Below are positions 56,618 through 64,000 of a stretch of DNA of 64,000 bases, one piece after another. The stretch's first letter is position 1; every line of letters starts with the position of its first letter. Origin of the DNA: an uncultured Candidatus Saccharibacteria bacterium (lineage in GTDB: Bacteria; Patescibacteriota; Saccharimonadia; Saccharimonadales; CAZARM01); contig CAZARM010000001.1 of the NCBI GenBank assembly GCA_964487615.1, positions 32,226 through 96,225 of the forward strand, read 5' to 3'. The notes under the pieces were generated by a model. That model was given only the letters and a program-made list of their open reading frames with translations. It had not been told where the DNA came from and did not search any database. A program made the translations under genes and the position numbers.

Positions 56618-56989
56618 TTAACGTGGACGCCTGGATCTCCATATTCGCATAGGCTTACGTGCTGCAATGCGTTGCAGTAGCCATGTATCCTCACCAAATG
56701 GTTCGTGATCTTTATCCGTCAAAACTTCGTAGAGCTTTGGTAAGTCTGGCTTGGGCACTATGCCACGAACCACCATACCTGCCCAGACTATGGTCTGTTT
56801 ACCCTCTAAGTAGCCAAACTTTATTCGATTGAATACCTCGCATTCTTGTATGTCGGGCATTCCTGTCTGAGTCACCAGTTGTTTGTGTACTACCTCAGCT
56901 TCCAACTTGGCCATCCACTCGTCCCAAGGAAGTGGTGTTTGGGCAGCCTCAATACCAGCTTCAAGAAGCTCACTTTGGTCGATGGCCAT
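56618..56989 (-). CDS. Hypothetical cytoplasmic protein (124 aa) directly upstream of the MacB-like ABC pair
   Basis: Start set at MAIDQSELL (ATG 56989) with the upstream RBS AAAGGA. No family recognised. Confidence 0.45.
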   Translation of the reverse strand: MAIDQSELLEAGIEAAQTPLPWDEWMAKLEAEVVHKQLVTQTGMPDIQECEVFNRIKFGYLEGKQTIVWAGMVVRGIVPKPDLPKLYEVLTDKDHEPFGEDTWLLQRIAARKPMRIWRSRRPR

Positions 56990-57075
56990 TTTTGTTTCCT
57001 TTCGTTTGTCTACATCTAGTATAGTCCTTATGTAAAGGGACTTATGCACAACTGCTGTTGGGCGCGAAGAACTAC

Positions 57076-58359
57076 TTATTCGTAGCGCAGAGCTTCAATA
57101 GCATCCAGACGAGCCGCTCGGCGGGCGGGCAAGGTGGCAGCAATAAAGGCGATCAGCATAATGAGCAAGATCACTGGGATAACCGAGCGGGCCGGGAAAG
57201 AAAACAGCTGCAACCCCTCGAAATCTTTGAACACGGTACGAGAAGCCACCTTGCTGCCGATGCGTCCAAGGATGTTAGCTGCCCCCAGGGCTATTATTGA
57301 GCCCCAGAAGCCGATCAGGATAGCCTCGAAACTAAACAGGGCAAAAATCTTACGCCGGCTCATACCCAGAGCCTTCATTAGCCCAATCTCCCGCGTTCGT
57401 TCCTGAACGGCCATCAGTAGCGTGTTGACAATCCCAAAAGTGGCGGCTGCTAAAGTGATGGCCGCAAAGATATTCAGAAACGTGATGATCCCGCCAATGA
57501 TGGTTTTGATAATTCCCAGTTGATCTTCTAGGGTTACAGCTCCGTATTTTTGGTCCTTCAATCTTTGCTTGAGCTGGTCTAGATCTGATTTGCTCATGCT
57601 AGCATCAAACTTGGCAAAGACATTGGGGTACTGCGCTTGGCGCAAGGGGCCCAAGCTAGCGGTAGTTTGAGCGTGGACAGATTTGATAAAAGCCAGATTG
57701 GCAGTGGTTTGATTGCCATTAACCAGCGCCTTTTCCTGGACACCAACAATCGTGGCGTCACGAGTAAACGGCCGGCCAATGCCATCAGTGAAGCCGACCG
57801 TCAGTTTCTTTCCCAAGGCAGCTTTGGAGTCAGCAAAACCTAAGGGGCCAACAAATTCTGGCGGCAAGGTCACCTCAAACTCGGAGCCGTTTTGATTTAC
57901 CATGCGACCAACGCGCATTGGCTGGATGAGGCCATCTACTGTCTGGGTCACGATAGCTATGTACTTTTTGCCACTGGCAGTTATGTAATCGGCTGAGGTG
58001 GGGTACAAGGGCAGGACGCTTTTGATTCCGGGCGTGGCGGCGATCTTGTCGACGTCGCGTTGCACTAACAACCCCTGTGTGATGCCCAGTGCGGAGCTGC
58101 TGACCCGTTCTGGGTCATACTCCTTGACATCGCTACCAAAGGGATTGCCGCTGCCGGTGTCCAGAGAAATGAACAACACATCTTTGGCACCTACACTACC
58201 GACTTGTTCTTCAACGTAAGTTTTGAGACCCGCGCCCACCCCAGTAGTCAGCATTAGTGTTAGGGTGCCTATAAACACCGCTGAGATAGTCAGGAAGGTA
58301 CGCAACTTGCTTTTGCGCAAGTTAGTATTGGCGGTGCGGATGATGTCGAAGTATCTCAT
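57076..58359 (-). CDS. ABC transporter permease, FtsX/MacB-type (4 TM plus a large periplasmic domain)
   Basis: Start ATG 58359 overlaps the ATPase stop (ATGA). N-terminal TM, a large extracytoplasmic domain and a C-terminal 3-TM FtsX bundle. Confidence 0.8.
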   Translation of the reverse strand: MRYFDIIRTANTNLRKSKLRTFLTISAVFIGTLTLMLTTGVGAGLKTYVEEQVGSVGAKDVLFISLDTGSGNPFGSDVKEYDPERVSSSALGITQGLLVQRDVDKIAATPGIKSVLPLYPTSADYITASGKKYIAIVTQTVDGLIQPMRVGRMVNQNGSEFEVTLPPEFVGPLGFADSKAALGKKLTVGFTDGIGRPFTRDATIVGVQEKALVNGNQTTANLAFIKSVHAQTTASLGPLRQAQYPNVFAKFDASMSKSDLDQLKQRLKDQKYGAVTLEDQLGIIKTIIGGIITFLNIFAAITLAAATFGIVNTLLMAVQERTREIGLMKALGMSRRKIFALFSFEAILIGFWGSIIALGAANILGRIGSKVASRTVFKDFEGLQLFSFPARSVIPVILLIMLIAFIAATLPARRAARLDAIEALRYE

Positions 58360-59045
58360 ATGACCCCTTCCTGCATGATCCGGCCGTCCTTCAGGTAAAT
58401 CCGCCGCTGGCAACGTTTGGCCAGGTCAGCGTCGTGGGTGACAAAAATTATAGTGATGCCGTCTTTGTTGTTCAGGCTGAACAACAAATCTTCAATTTTT
58501 CTCCCAGTAGCAGAGTCTAGGTTTCCGGTTGGCTCATCTGCAAAGATAACTTTGGGGTTATTGATCAGCGCTCGGGCTATACAGACCCGTTGTTTCTGGC
58601 CACCGGAGAGGTCATTGGCCCTGCTGCCGGCCTTGTCTTCCAGCTCAACGTCCTTTAGTACGGCCAAGCCACGCCGCTTTCGCTCGCGCGACGAAACCCC
58701 GGCGATTTTGAGAGGTAAAATAACGTTGTTCAGCACCGTGTCATTACCGTTTAAAAAGAACTGCTGGAACACAAAGCCGAAGTCTCGGTTGCGGATACTG
58801 TCGGTGTCACGACGTTTTAGCCTAGTGGTCACCCGGTTACTTATAGCTATGCTGCCGCTGGTTGGCGTATCCAGCAGGGCCAGCAGGTGCATTAGTGTGG
58901 ACTTGCCAGAGCCACTTTTGCCAATGACGGCAATCACTTCACCTTCATTGATAGTTATATCCACACCTTTTAGGGCAGTGAATGCTGCGCTACCTTTGCC
59001 GTAGGTTTTCACCAAGTCTTTAACTGCCAGTAGAGTTTTAGGCAC
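58356..59045 (-). CDS. ABC transporter ATP-binding protein (MacB/LolD-like)
   Basis: GKSGSGKSTL Walker A, LSGGQKQRV signature, IIFADEPTGNLD Walker B. Confidence 0.9.
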   Translation of the reverse strand: MPKTLLAVKDLVKTYGKGSAAFTALKGVDITINEGEVIAVIGKSGSGKSTLMHLLALLDTPTSGSIAISNRVTTRLKRRDTDSIRNRDFGFVFQQFFLNGNDTVLNNVILPLKIAGVSSRERKRRGLAVLKDVELEDKAGSRANDLSGGQKQRVCIARALINNPKVIFADEPTGNLDSATGRKIEDLLFSLNNKDGITIIFVTHDADLAKRCQRRIYLKDGRIMQEGVI

Positions 59046-59124
59046 GCATTATTCCTTCGTTCATTGTCCCAATGTAGCATAAGCGCTGGTCAGCCACCAG
59101 CTGGCAACCGGTATACTAGAGTGT

Positions 59125-60303
59125 ATGCAAGGAGTGCCGTTGGCCGAGCGTATGCGGCCGGAGACGTTACAGGATGTCCTTGGTCAGGAGCATTTAGTCG
59201 CTTCTGGGCGGATTATTCGTGAAATCATCGAGAAGAAGCAGCCCACTAGTTTGATTCTGTGGGGGCCACCGGGCAGTGGTAAGACTACTTTGGCTCGTAT
59301 TATCGCTCGGGGCACGGGGGCTGAGTTTATGGAGCTCAGTGCCGTAACGTCAGGCAAAGCCGATGTCGTAAAAGTCATTGAACAGGCTGAAGCTAACCTG
59401 CGCCTTGGTATGCGAACTATTTTGTTTGTGGACGAGATCCACCGCTTCAATAAAGCCCAGCAAGATGCCTTCCTGCCCCATGTGGAGGACGGCACCATTG
59501 TGCTGATCGGTGCCACCACTGAAAACCCCAGCTTTGAGGTTATCAACCCACTGCTGAGCCGCAGCCGGGTGTTGGTGCTTGAACCACTCGACAAAGACGA
59601 CATCGTGACGATATTACGCAAAACCGCCAGGCTTGAAAATTTGAGTGCCAAACGACTGCCGGCGAAGAGCATTGATCTATTAGCGGAATTGTCTGGCGGT
59701 GACGCGCGCGTGGCTCTGGGCAACCTGGAACTTGCTTTGCAGCTGACCACAGGCCCCCTCACATCAGAGATTGTAGAAACGGCTGCTCAAAAGCGCGTTC
59801 CCGGCTACGACAAAGGCGGAGAGACTCACTACAACATCATCAGCGCCTTTATCAAATCTATGCGCGGTTCTGATGCCAACGCCGCATTATATTACCTGGC
59901 CAGAATGTTGCAAGCTGGCGAGGATCCCAAGTTCATCGCCAGGCGAATGGTAATTTTTGCTAGTGAGGATGTCGGTATTGCGGCTTCGCCGGCTCTTAAC
60001 CTGGCTGTGGCCACCTTCCAGGCCGTGGAGCGCATTGGCATGCCAGAATGCCAATACAACTTATTCCACTGCACCCTGGTGCTAGCCAAATGCCAAAAGT
60101 CCCGGGTGGTATCCAACGCCATGGGCAAAGCCCAATCCGCCGCTCGCGAGCACCCCGACTTGCCGGTACCGCTGCACTTGCGCAACGCGCCAACCAAACT
60201 TATGAAGGATTTGGGCTACGGCAAGGGGACCAAATGGGAAGCCAATTTCAAACACCCCAAAGGCTTCCTACCGGACGACCTCCAAGACCTTAACCTATTC
60301 TAG
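59125..60303 (+). CDS. rarA: Replication-associated recombination protein A (AAA+ ATPase RarA/MgsA)
   Basis: MRPETLQDVLGQEHL, GPPGSGKTTLARIIA, ILFVDEIHRFNKAQQDA, and the C-terminal MgsA helical domain. Confidence 0.9.
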   Translation: MQGVPLAERMRPETLQDVLGQEHLVASGRIIREIIEKKQPTSLILWGPPGSGKTTLARIIARGTGAEFMELSAVTSGKADVVKVIEQAEANLRLGMRTILFVDEIHRFNKAQQDAFLPHVEDGTIVLIGATTENPSFEVINPLLSRSRVLVLEPLDKDDIVTILRKTARLENLSAKRLPAKSIDLLAELSGGDARVALGNLELALQLTTGPLTSEIVETAAQKRVPGYDKGGETHYNIISAFIKSMRGSDANAALYYLARMLQAGEDPKFIARRMVIFASEDVGIAASPALNLAVATFQAVERIGMPECQYNLFHCTLVLAKCQKSRVVSNAMGKAQSAAREHPDLPVPLHLRNAPTKLMKDLGYGKGTKWEANFKHPKGFLPDDLQDLNLF

Positions 60304-60417
60304 CCACATCCTTTTACACACCATACCTATCCTCTAAAGCCACAACATGCAAAGTGCGCAGGGTCCGTCCTTGTACAAGTCCTCGTGGAACCCCCGTCTG
60401 GTCGGAGCCGATGCAAA

Positions 60418-60444
60418 GATGCAAAGGGCCAGACCCTTTGCATC
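60418..60444. terminator. Bidirectional terminator-like hairpin between convergent rarA and the PAP2-like gene (GATGCAAAGGG-ccaga-CCCTTTGCATC, 11-bp stem)
   Basis: Read directly. Confidence 0.55.
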
Positions 60445-60454
60445 GGATTTACGA

Positions 60455-61324
60455 TCATTTGGTGCGGTTGATTTGTTTTAGTTTGGCCAGCACCCAGGGT
60501 GAAGCCATGTAAGCCGCCAGAGCATATAGACCACCTGCTAGTTCATCGATTAGGTAGTGTTCACCCTGGTAGACGGTGCCAAAGTAAATGGCCGCTGGAT
60601 AGATCAGCACCAACCAGCGCGATTTGCGCTTAAATAGTTTGATTACAAATATGGCAACTAGCGTGGCATAGGCTGCGTGGAGGCTTGGCATAGCAGCTAC
60701 AGGATTGGGTGAAATCTTGTTATATAGTGACGGAAAATCATTGATCCCCAGCGCAAACCAAACATGAGAAGAAACACGAGTGATGGGCTCTATCACGCCT
60801 CGCTCACTAGCCATCCATGGGGGTGCGGCCGGAAAAGCCAAGAACGTCAAGAATCCGGCGAACGAAACCAGCAGAAACGCGGTAATGTAGCGCCAGTATT
60901 GCGACTCACGCTTTTTCCAGACTAGAATAGCCACGCAAAATGGCAGCACAAAATGCAGCATATAAAATAGATATAGGACAAAGTCGTACCAGCTAACGCC
61001 TCCATGCCATAGCCAACTTTGCAGTACATTTGTGGGAAGATGTCCTAGACCAAAGACTCTGTCGGCATGGATCATGAAAGTGTAGTTCACATGTGTATTC
61101 AAGTGCGGCACCAACCCTCTAAACGATTCATAAACTAGCAGCAACAGCACAAAGGGCGCTAAGCGCTTAAAAAACGCCCATCCCTGCCCCAGAGCCATAA
61201 AAATAAATGTCAGAAAAAACAATAGTTTGTCCGGTGTCGGAAAACTAGGCTTTTGGATAAAAATAACTGCGCAAGCTAGGGCTCCAACAAGGCCAATAAT
61301 TCTAAATGGTTGCTTCCAGGTCAT
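60455..61324 (-). CDS. PAP2-superfamily integral membrane protein (PAP2_like/AUR1-type; possible lipid phosphotransferase or phosphatase)
   Basis: 6 TM helices. PSLH (C2 motif) and YQGEHYLIDELAG (C3 H-x-x-x-D). Confidence 0.6.
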   Translation of the reverse strand: MTWKQPFRIIGLVGALACAVIFIQKPSFPTPDKLLFFLTFIFMALGQGWAFFKRLAPFVLLLLVYESFRGLVPHLNTHVNYTFMIHADRVFGLGHLPTNVLQSWLWHGGVSWYDFVLYLFYMLHFVLPFCVAILVWKKRESQYWRYITAFLLVSFAGFLTFLAFPAAPPWMASERGVIEPITRVSSHVWFALGINDFPSLYNKISPNPVAAMPSLHAAYATLVAIFVIKLFKRKSRWLVLIYPAAIYFGTVYQGEHYLIDELAGGLYALAAYMASPWVLAKLKQINRTK

Positions 61325-61338
61325 CCACTTAGTTTAGC

Positions 61339-61776
61339 TTATTTAGTCGGCGCCAGATCTTGAGACTTTTTAATCAGATTCCCTAATAAAAATCCCACCA
61401 TATTTATCTGTTCTTCGGCTTTGATGCAGTCCAGAATACTCATACCACCCAAATCTTCCTGCTTGGAATCAATTAGGGCGTAGAATGTCCATGCATCTAC
61501 AAATTCTGGGTCCCAGCAGGTCAGTACGACGCGTAGTCCGGGTGGCACATATAAACTTCCGTCATCCTTACCGACAAACTGGCTGTGAGGTATCAAAATC
61601 TTTCCATCGCTTGTAGGCAAACCATGTATTTCGCGGGTAGTCACCATATTTTTCACCTCACCTCCACTACTATTGCCGAGCAAGTAGGCAACCTCCCAAG
61701 GGGTGTACAAAGGAGCAAACGCCTTGATAAATGGCTCTGGTCCGAAGTCTGCTGTCTCTGGTCCTAAATCTGTCAT
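61339..61776 (-). CDS. Hypothetical protein, 145 aa
   Basis: No motif recognised. Acidic, with no TM. Confidence 0.4.
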   Translation of the reverse strand: MTDLGPETADFGPEPFIKAFAPLYTPWEVAYLLGNSSGGEVKNMVTTREIHGLPTSDGKILIPHSQFVGKDDGSLYVPPGLRVVLTCWDPEFVDAWTFYALIDSKQEDLGGMSILDCIKAEEQINMVGFLLGNLIKKSQDLAPTK

Positions 61777-61860
61777 AGCGTATATTATGTCACTTTTACA
61801 AGTGCATGTCGACTGTCATAGCCAAGCATCCGGCAATCAGGTATAATTCCACCCTGTTAT

Positions 61861-61935
61861 TGGGGAGTGGCCAAGTGGTAAGGCACCAGGTTCTGGTCCT
61901 GGCATTCGGGGGTTCGAGTCCCTCCTCCCCAGCCA
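61861..61935 (+). tRNA. tRNA-Gln (anticodon CUG), CCA encoded
   Basis: Manual cloverleaf: UGGGGAG acceptor (U1-A72), D-arm GCC-AAGUGGUAA-GGC, anticodon arm CCAGG-UUCUGGU-CCUGG, T-arm GGGGG-UUCGAGU-CCCUC, then G-CCA. Near-identical architecture to E. coli tRNA-Gln. Confidence 0.9.
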
Positions 61936-61943
61936 ATAAAAAT

Positions 61944-61970
61944 GTCCGCATTCTTGCGGGCTTTTTTATT
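61944..61970 (+). terminator. Rho-independent terminator after tRNA-Gln (GTCCGCA-ttct-TGCGGGC followed by TTTTTT)
   Basis: Read directly. Confidence 0.7.
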
Positions 61971-61974
61971 GGCT

Positions 61975-62105
61975 TGTGCGGGAGGAGGGGCTCGAACGGG
62001 ATTGCATGTCTGCAATCCCCGCCCCTAGCCTCAGAACGACCAAAGGGAGTTGGGGTCGTCTTAACAAAACTTACTTTTGTTTTGTGACGAGGCGAGTCCC
62101 TCCCC
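61975..62105. other. Structured element of about 130 nt with complementary G-rich/C-rich termini (GGGAGGAGGGGCUCG ... CGAGUCCCUCCCC) and an internal perfect hairpin (GGGATTGCA-loop-TGCAATCCC). It contains a T-loop-like CCCGTTCGAGCCCC on the minus strand but does not fold as a tRNA.
   Basis: Manual folding. It lies in the 3' region of the phosphoesterase gene, between that gene and tRNA-Gln. Confidence 0.3.
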
Positions 62106-62116
62106 ATCCAACCTGG

Positions 62117-63250
62117 CTAGAGATTAAGCTCGTGGAGCAGGCTAACACTGCTTTCAGGTACACAGGTCCCAGTATTACCAGGAGCTGTACCGGAGGCACA
62201 ACCCAAGTAAGGCTGCAAATGCAGAGCATCTTGAACCGTCTTTAGCAGACCGATGTTATTCGAAGCAGTATCTACTACCGCACCCACCTTTACTGATGGC
62301 GCTACGACCAAGCTTGGGATGATTGGCGTACCGGTACTTGTAGAGCCTTCGTCCCACATGATGAAGATAGCCGTATCACCGGCTTGGTAGTTGGGACCTT
62401 TTATTAACAACGGCAGATAGGTCCTCAGCCAGTTGTCACCCTGCGCGACCGTACCATCGTGCATGTCGTTGTTTTGATCAGGAGTAATGAATGTGAACGT
62501 AGCCAGCCTGCCTCCAGCAATATCATCAGCCAGTGTTCCGGTTGGTGTAGTACAATCGCCGCTCCCTGAAGTCGGACAAGTGATAGCTGGAGTTGGTACA
62601 TCGTACTGCTTACAGTCGCTAGAAATCGGCACGTAGAATGCTGCTGGGTTGTGCTTGAAATAGTAGGGCGGGCTATTGGTCAAGGCGCAGTTGGCTGGCA
62701 TCGATTCCTGATAGCTCTTCCACGACCCACCGCTTTCCTTGACGAGCTGGAAGATGCTCTTAGTTGTCAGCGAATTCGCCGGACCGTACACACCATCGTC
62801 TAATATGCAGGCCTCGCCATGGCCGCCGGCCGAGGTAATGCCCTTGTTACAATTACTGCCCGAAGTTGCTGCAGCATATTGTGGTTCAGAGTTTAATGTT
62901 GCGGTGGTCCCATTATCTTTGATGTTCGTCAGCGACGCACATTTTTGGGCCAAGCTATCAATGTATGCAGCTTTCCCTACCACATCGGCTTCGTCCTTGT
63001 TCTCTTCCCAGATCCAAACGATGTGCTTGTACTGCTTCGCTGTAGTTAACAGGCCGCAAGGGACATCGGCAGTTGCCGTAGGTAGCTCCTGTGAAGCAGT
63101 CTCTGTGGCTTGCGATCCAGATTTAGAGTTGTGTCGCACGTAGGCAAAGACTCCCCCTGCAATAACGATAAGTAGCACAATAATCCAGATGATTTTCTTT
63201 GATTTCATAAGTCTTCCTCCGTAGCCAACTATACTCTTAGTAATAAGCAA
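62117..63250 (-). CDS. Secreted phosphoesterase-family protein (PLC/AcpA-like acid phosphatase family)
   Basis: HIVWIWEENKD (like the family N-terminal VVxMENRSFD motif) and ITPDQNNDMHDG (TPNxxNDMHD-type motif). N-terminal TM/signal. Probable start MKSKK at 63208. Confidence 0.6.
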   Translation of the reverse strand: MLITKSIVGYGGRLMKSKKIIWIIVLLIVIAGGVFAYVRHNSKSGSQATETASQELPTATADVPCGLLTTAKQYKHIVWIWEENKDEADVVGKAAYIDSLAQKCASLTNIKDNGTTATLNSEPQYAAATSGSNCNKGITSAGGHGEACILDDGVYGPANSLTTKSIFQLVKESGGSWKSYQESMPANCALTNSPPYYFKHNPAAFYVPISSDCKQYDVPTPAITCPTSGSGDCTTPTGTLADDIAGGRLATFTFITPDQNNDMHDGTVAQGDNWLRTYLPLLIKGPNYQAGDTAIFIMWDEGSTSTGTPIIPSLVVAPSVKVGAVVDTASNNIGLLKTVQDALHLQPYLGCASGTAPGNTGTCVPESSVSLLHELNL

Positions 63251-63318
63251 CTTTCAAAGGCAGTATGCCATATGACGTTAGGGCAAGAGGTTTTTTGCAT
63301 TGCTGATATTATAATGTC

Positions 63319-63915
63319 ATGACTACTGTCTTTATCATTGCTGGCTTCGATCTCCACAATACAGCCGCCACTGACAAGTATATAGTTTTGGAAAATGGTC
63401 TCAAGAATAAAGGTTACGGGATTGTTGCAAGTGATATTTCTTGGAAAAAGAAGACAGCCACGCAGTACGCAAAAGAGTTCGTAGATTTTTATAATAAGCA
63501 TAGCTCTGAGAAGAACATTGTAATTGGCAATTCTTTCGGGGCAGTGGTTGCGTTCATCTCTGCTCCGGAAACCAAACCGGATAAACTCTATTTATGTTCA
63601 CTATCACCATTCTTTAAAGAGGATCGTGGCAAGCGCCTTGATAGCTATGGTATAGATATATTTGGCAAGCGTAGAATGGAAGATCTTTGGTCAATATCTG
63701 TAAGAGATATGGAAGCCAAAATTAACATTGCTAATGTAAAAACTACTGTCACATACGGCGAGAAAGAGCGTCAGACATCACCTACTCTAGTCGCACGATG
63801 CAAAGACACTGCTAAGCATATTAAACTTTCGCAACTCATTGAGATACCAAATGCACCTCATAGTATGGCCGATGAGAGGTATTCAGAGACATTGATCGAT
63901 CTCATTTCGCTCTAA
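63319..63915 (+). CDS. Small alpha/beta-hydrolase-fold protein (esterase-like)
   Basis: GNSFG nucleophile elbow (GxSxG) after a beta-strand (IVIGNSFGAVVAF). His in NAPHSM near the C-terminus. AT-rich codon usage. Confidence 0.55.
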   Translation: MTTVFIIAGFDLHNTAATDKYIVLENGLKNKGYGIVASDISWKKKTATQYAKEFVDFYNKHSSEKNIVIGNSFGAVVAFISAPETKPDKLYLCSLSPFFKEDRGKRLDSYGIDIFGKRRMEDLWSISVRDMEAKINIANVKTTVTYGEKERQTSPTLVARCKDTAKHIKLSQLIEIPNAPHSMADERYSETLIDLISL

Positions 63916-64000
63916 ACAAGAACAGCTCTGACCCTATACATCATACCCAGACATGAGACAGGCATTGAATCCTTGCTCTCCAAGCAACAGCCATCAAGCG

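Noticed and set aside
61796-62107. 103-aa and 93-aa ORFs overlapping tRNA-Gln and the adjacent structured element
   Set aside because: They span a canonical tRNA gene and a terminator; they are spurious.
1-64000. CRISPR arrays, rRNA genes, transposases, integrases, phage genes
   Set aside because: No direct-repeat/spacer periodicity, no rRNA-like conserved stretches and no recombinase or transposase motifs were seen anywhere in the window.

Overview
The window is gene-dense (about 90% coding, mostly on the minus strand), roughly 50% GC, and looks like a reduced bacterial genome. The gene content suggests a Candidatus Saccharibacteria/CPR-type organism; this is inference from content only and was not checked against a database. 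Housekeeping genes recognised from motifs: the C-terminal part of aminopeptidase N, YraN, RNase HII, ribosomal protein L19 (with an unusual K/E/A-rich tail), malic enzyme, a PilB/GspE ATPase, a SpoU methyltransferase, DnaE, the gatCAB operon (with an extra membrane ORF inserted between gatA and gatB), UvrB, pheS/pheT (with a PPOX-family ORF between them), TypA/BipA, RarA, RmuC, a type-II NADH dehydrogenase, a ZIP transporter, two ABC systems and an MMPL/RND transporter. One long minus-strand block (19.0-27.9 kb) holds gap, rpiB, rpe, a split transketolase (N and C subunits), a class I fructose-bisphosphate aldolase, two tandem PfkB kinases, a 416-aa unknown protein and a TIGR00725/LOG-like Rossmann protein. 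I read this block as a pentose/nucleotide-ribose catabolic module. Three things deserve the most attention. (1) A redox island at 30.4-34.5 kb combines a membrane-anchored cytochrome b5-like protein (exact HPGG heme signature), an FNR/cytochrome-b5-reductase-like flavoprotein, a cupredoxin, MarR, TrxB and a glutaredoxin. (2) A 0.5-kb GC-rich, ORF-poor stretch (39.99-40.47 kb) is full of long perfect helices and sits next to a tRNA-like element (40481-40551) whose anticodon arm cannot fold; this is a candidate structured ncRNA that I could not assign to a known family by eye. (3) A compositionally foreign GC3-rich cassette (46.70-47.40 kb) carries a perfect TTGACA-17-TATAAT promoter, a strong RBS, a membrane-anchored secreted protein of unknown function and a terminator; it is probably horizontally acquired. 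A canonical tRNA-Gln(CUG) lies at 61861-61935. No CRISPR array, rRNA, transposase or integrase was seen.
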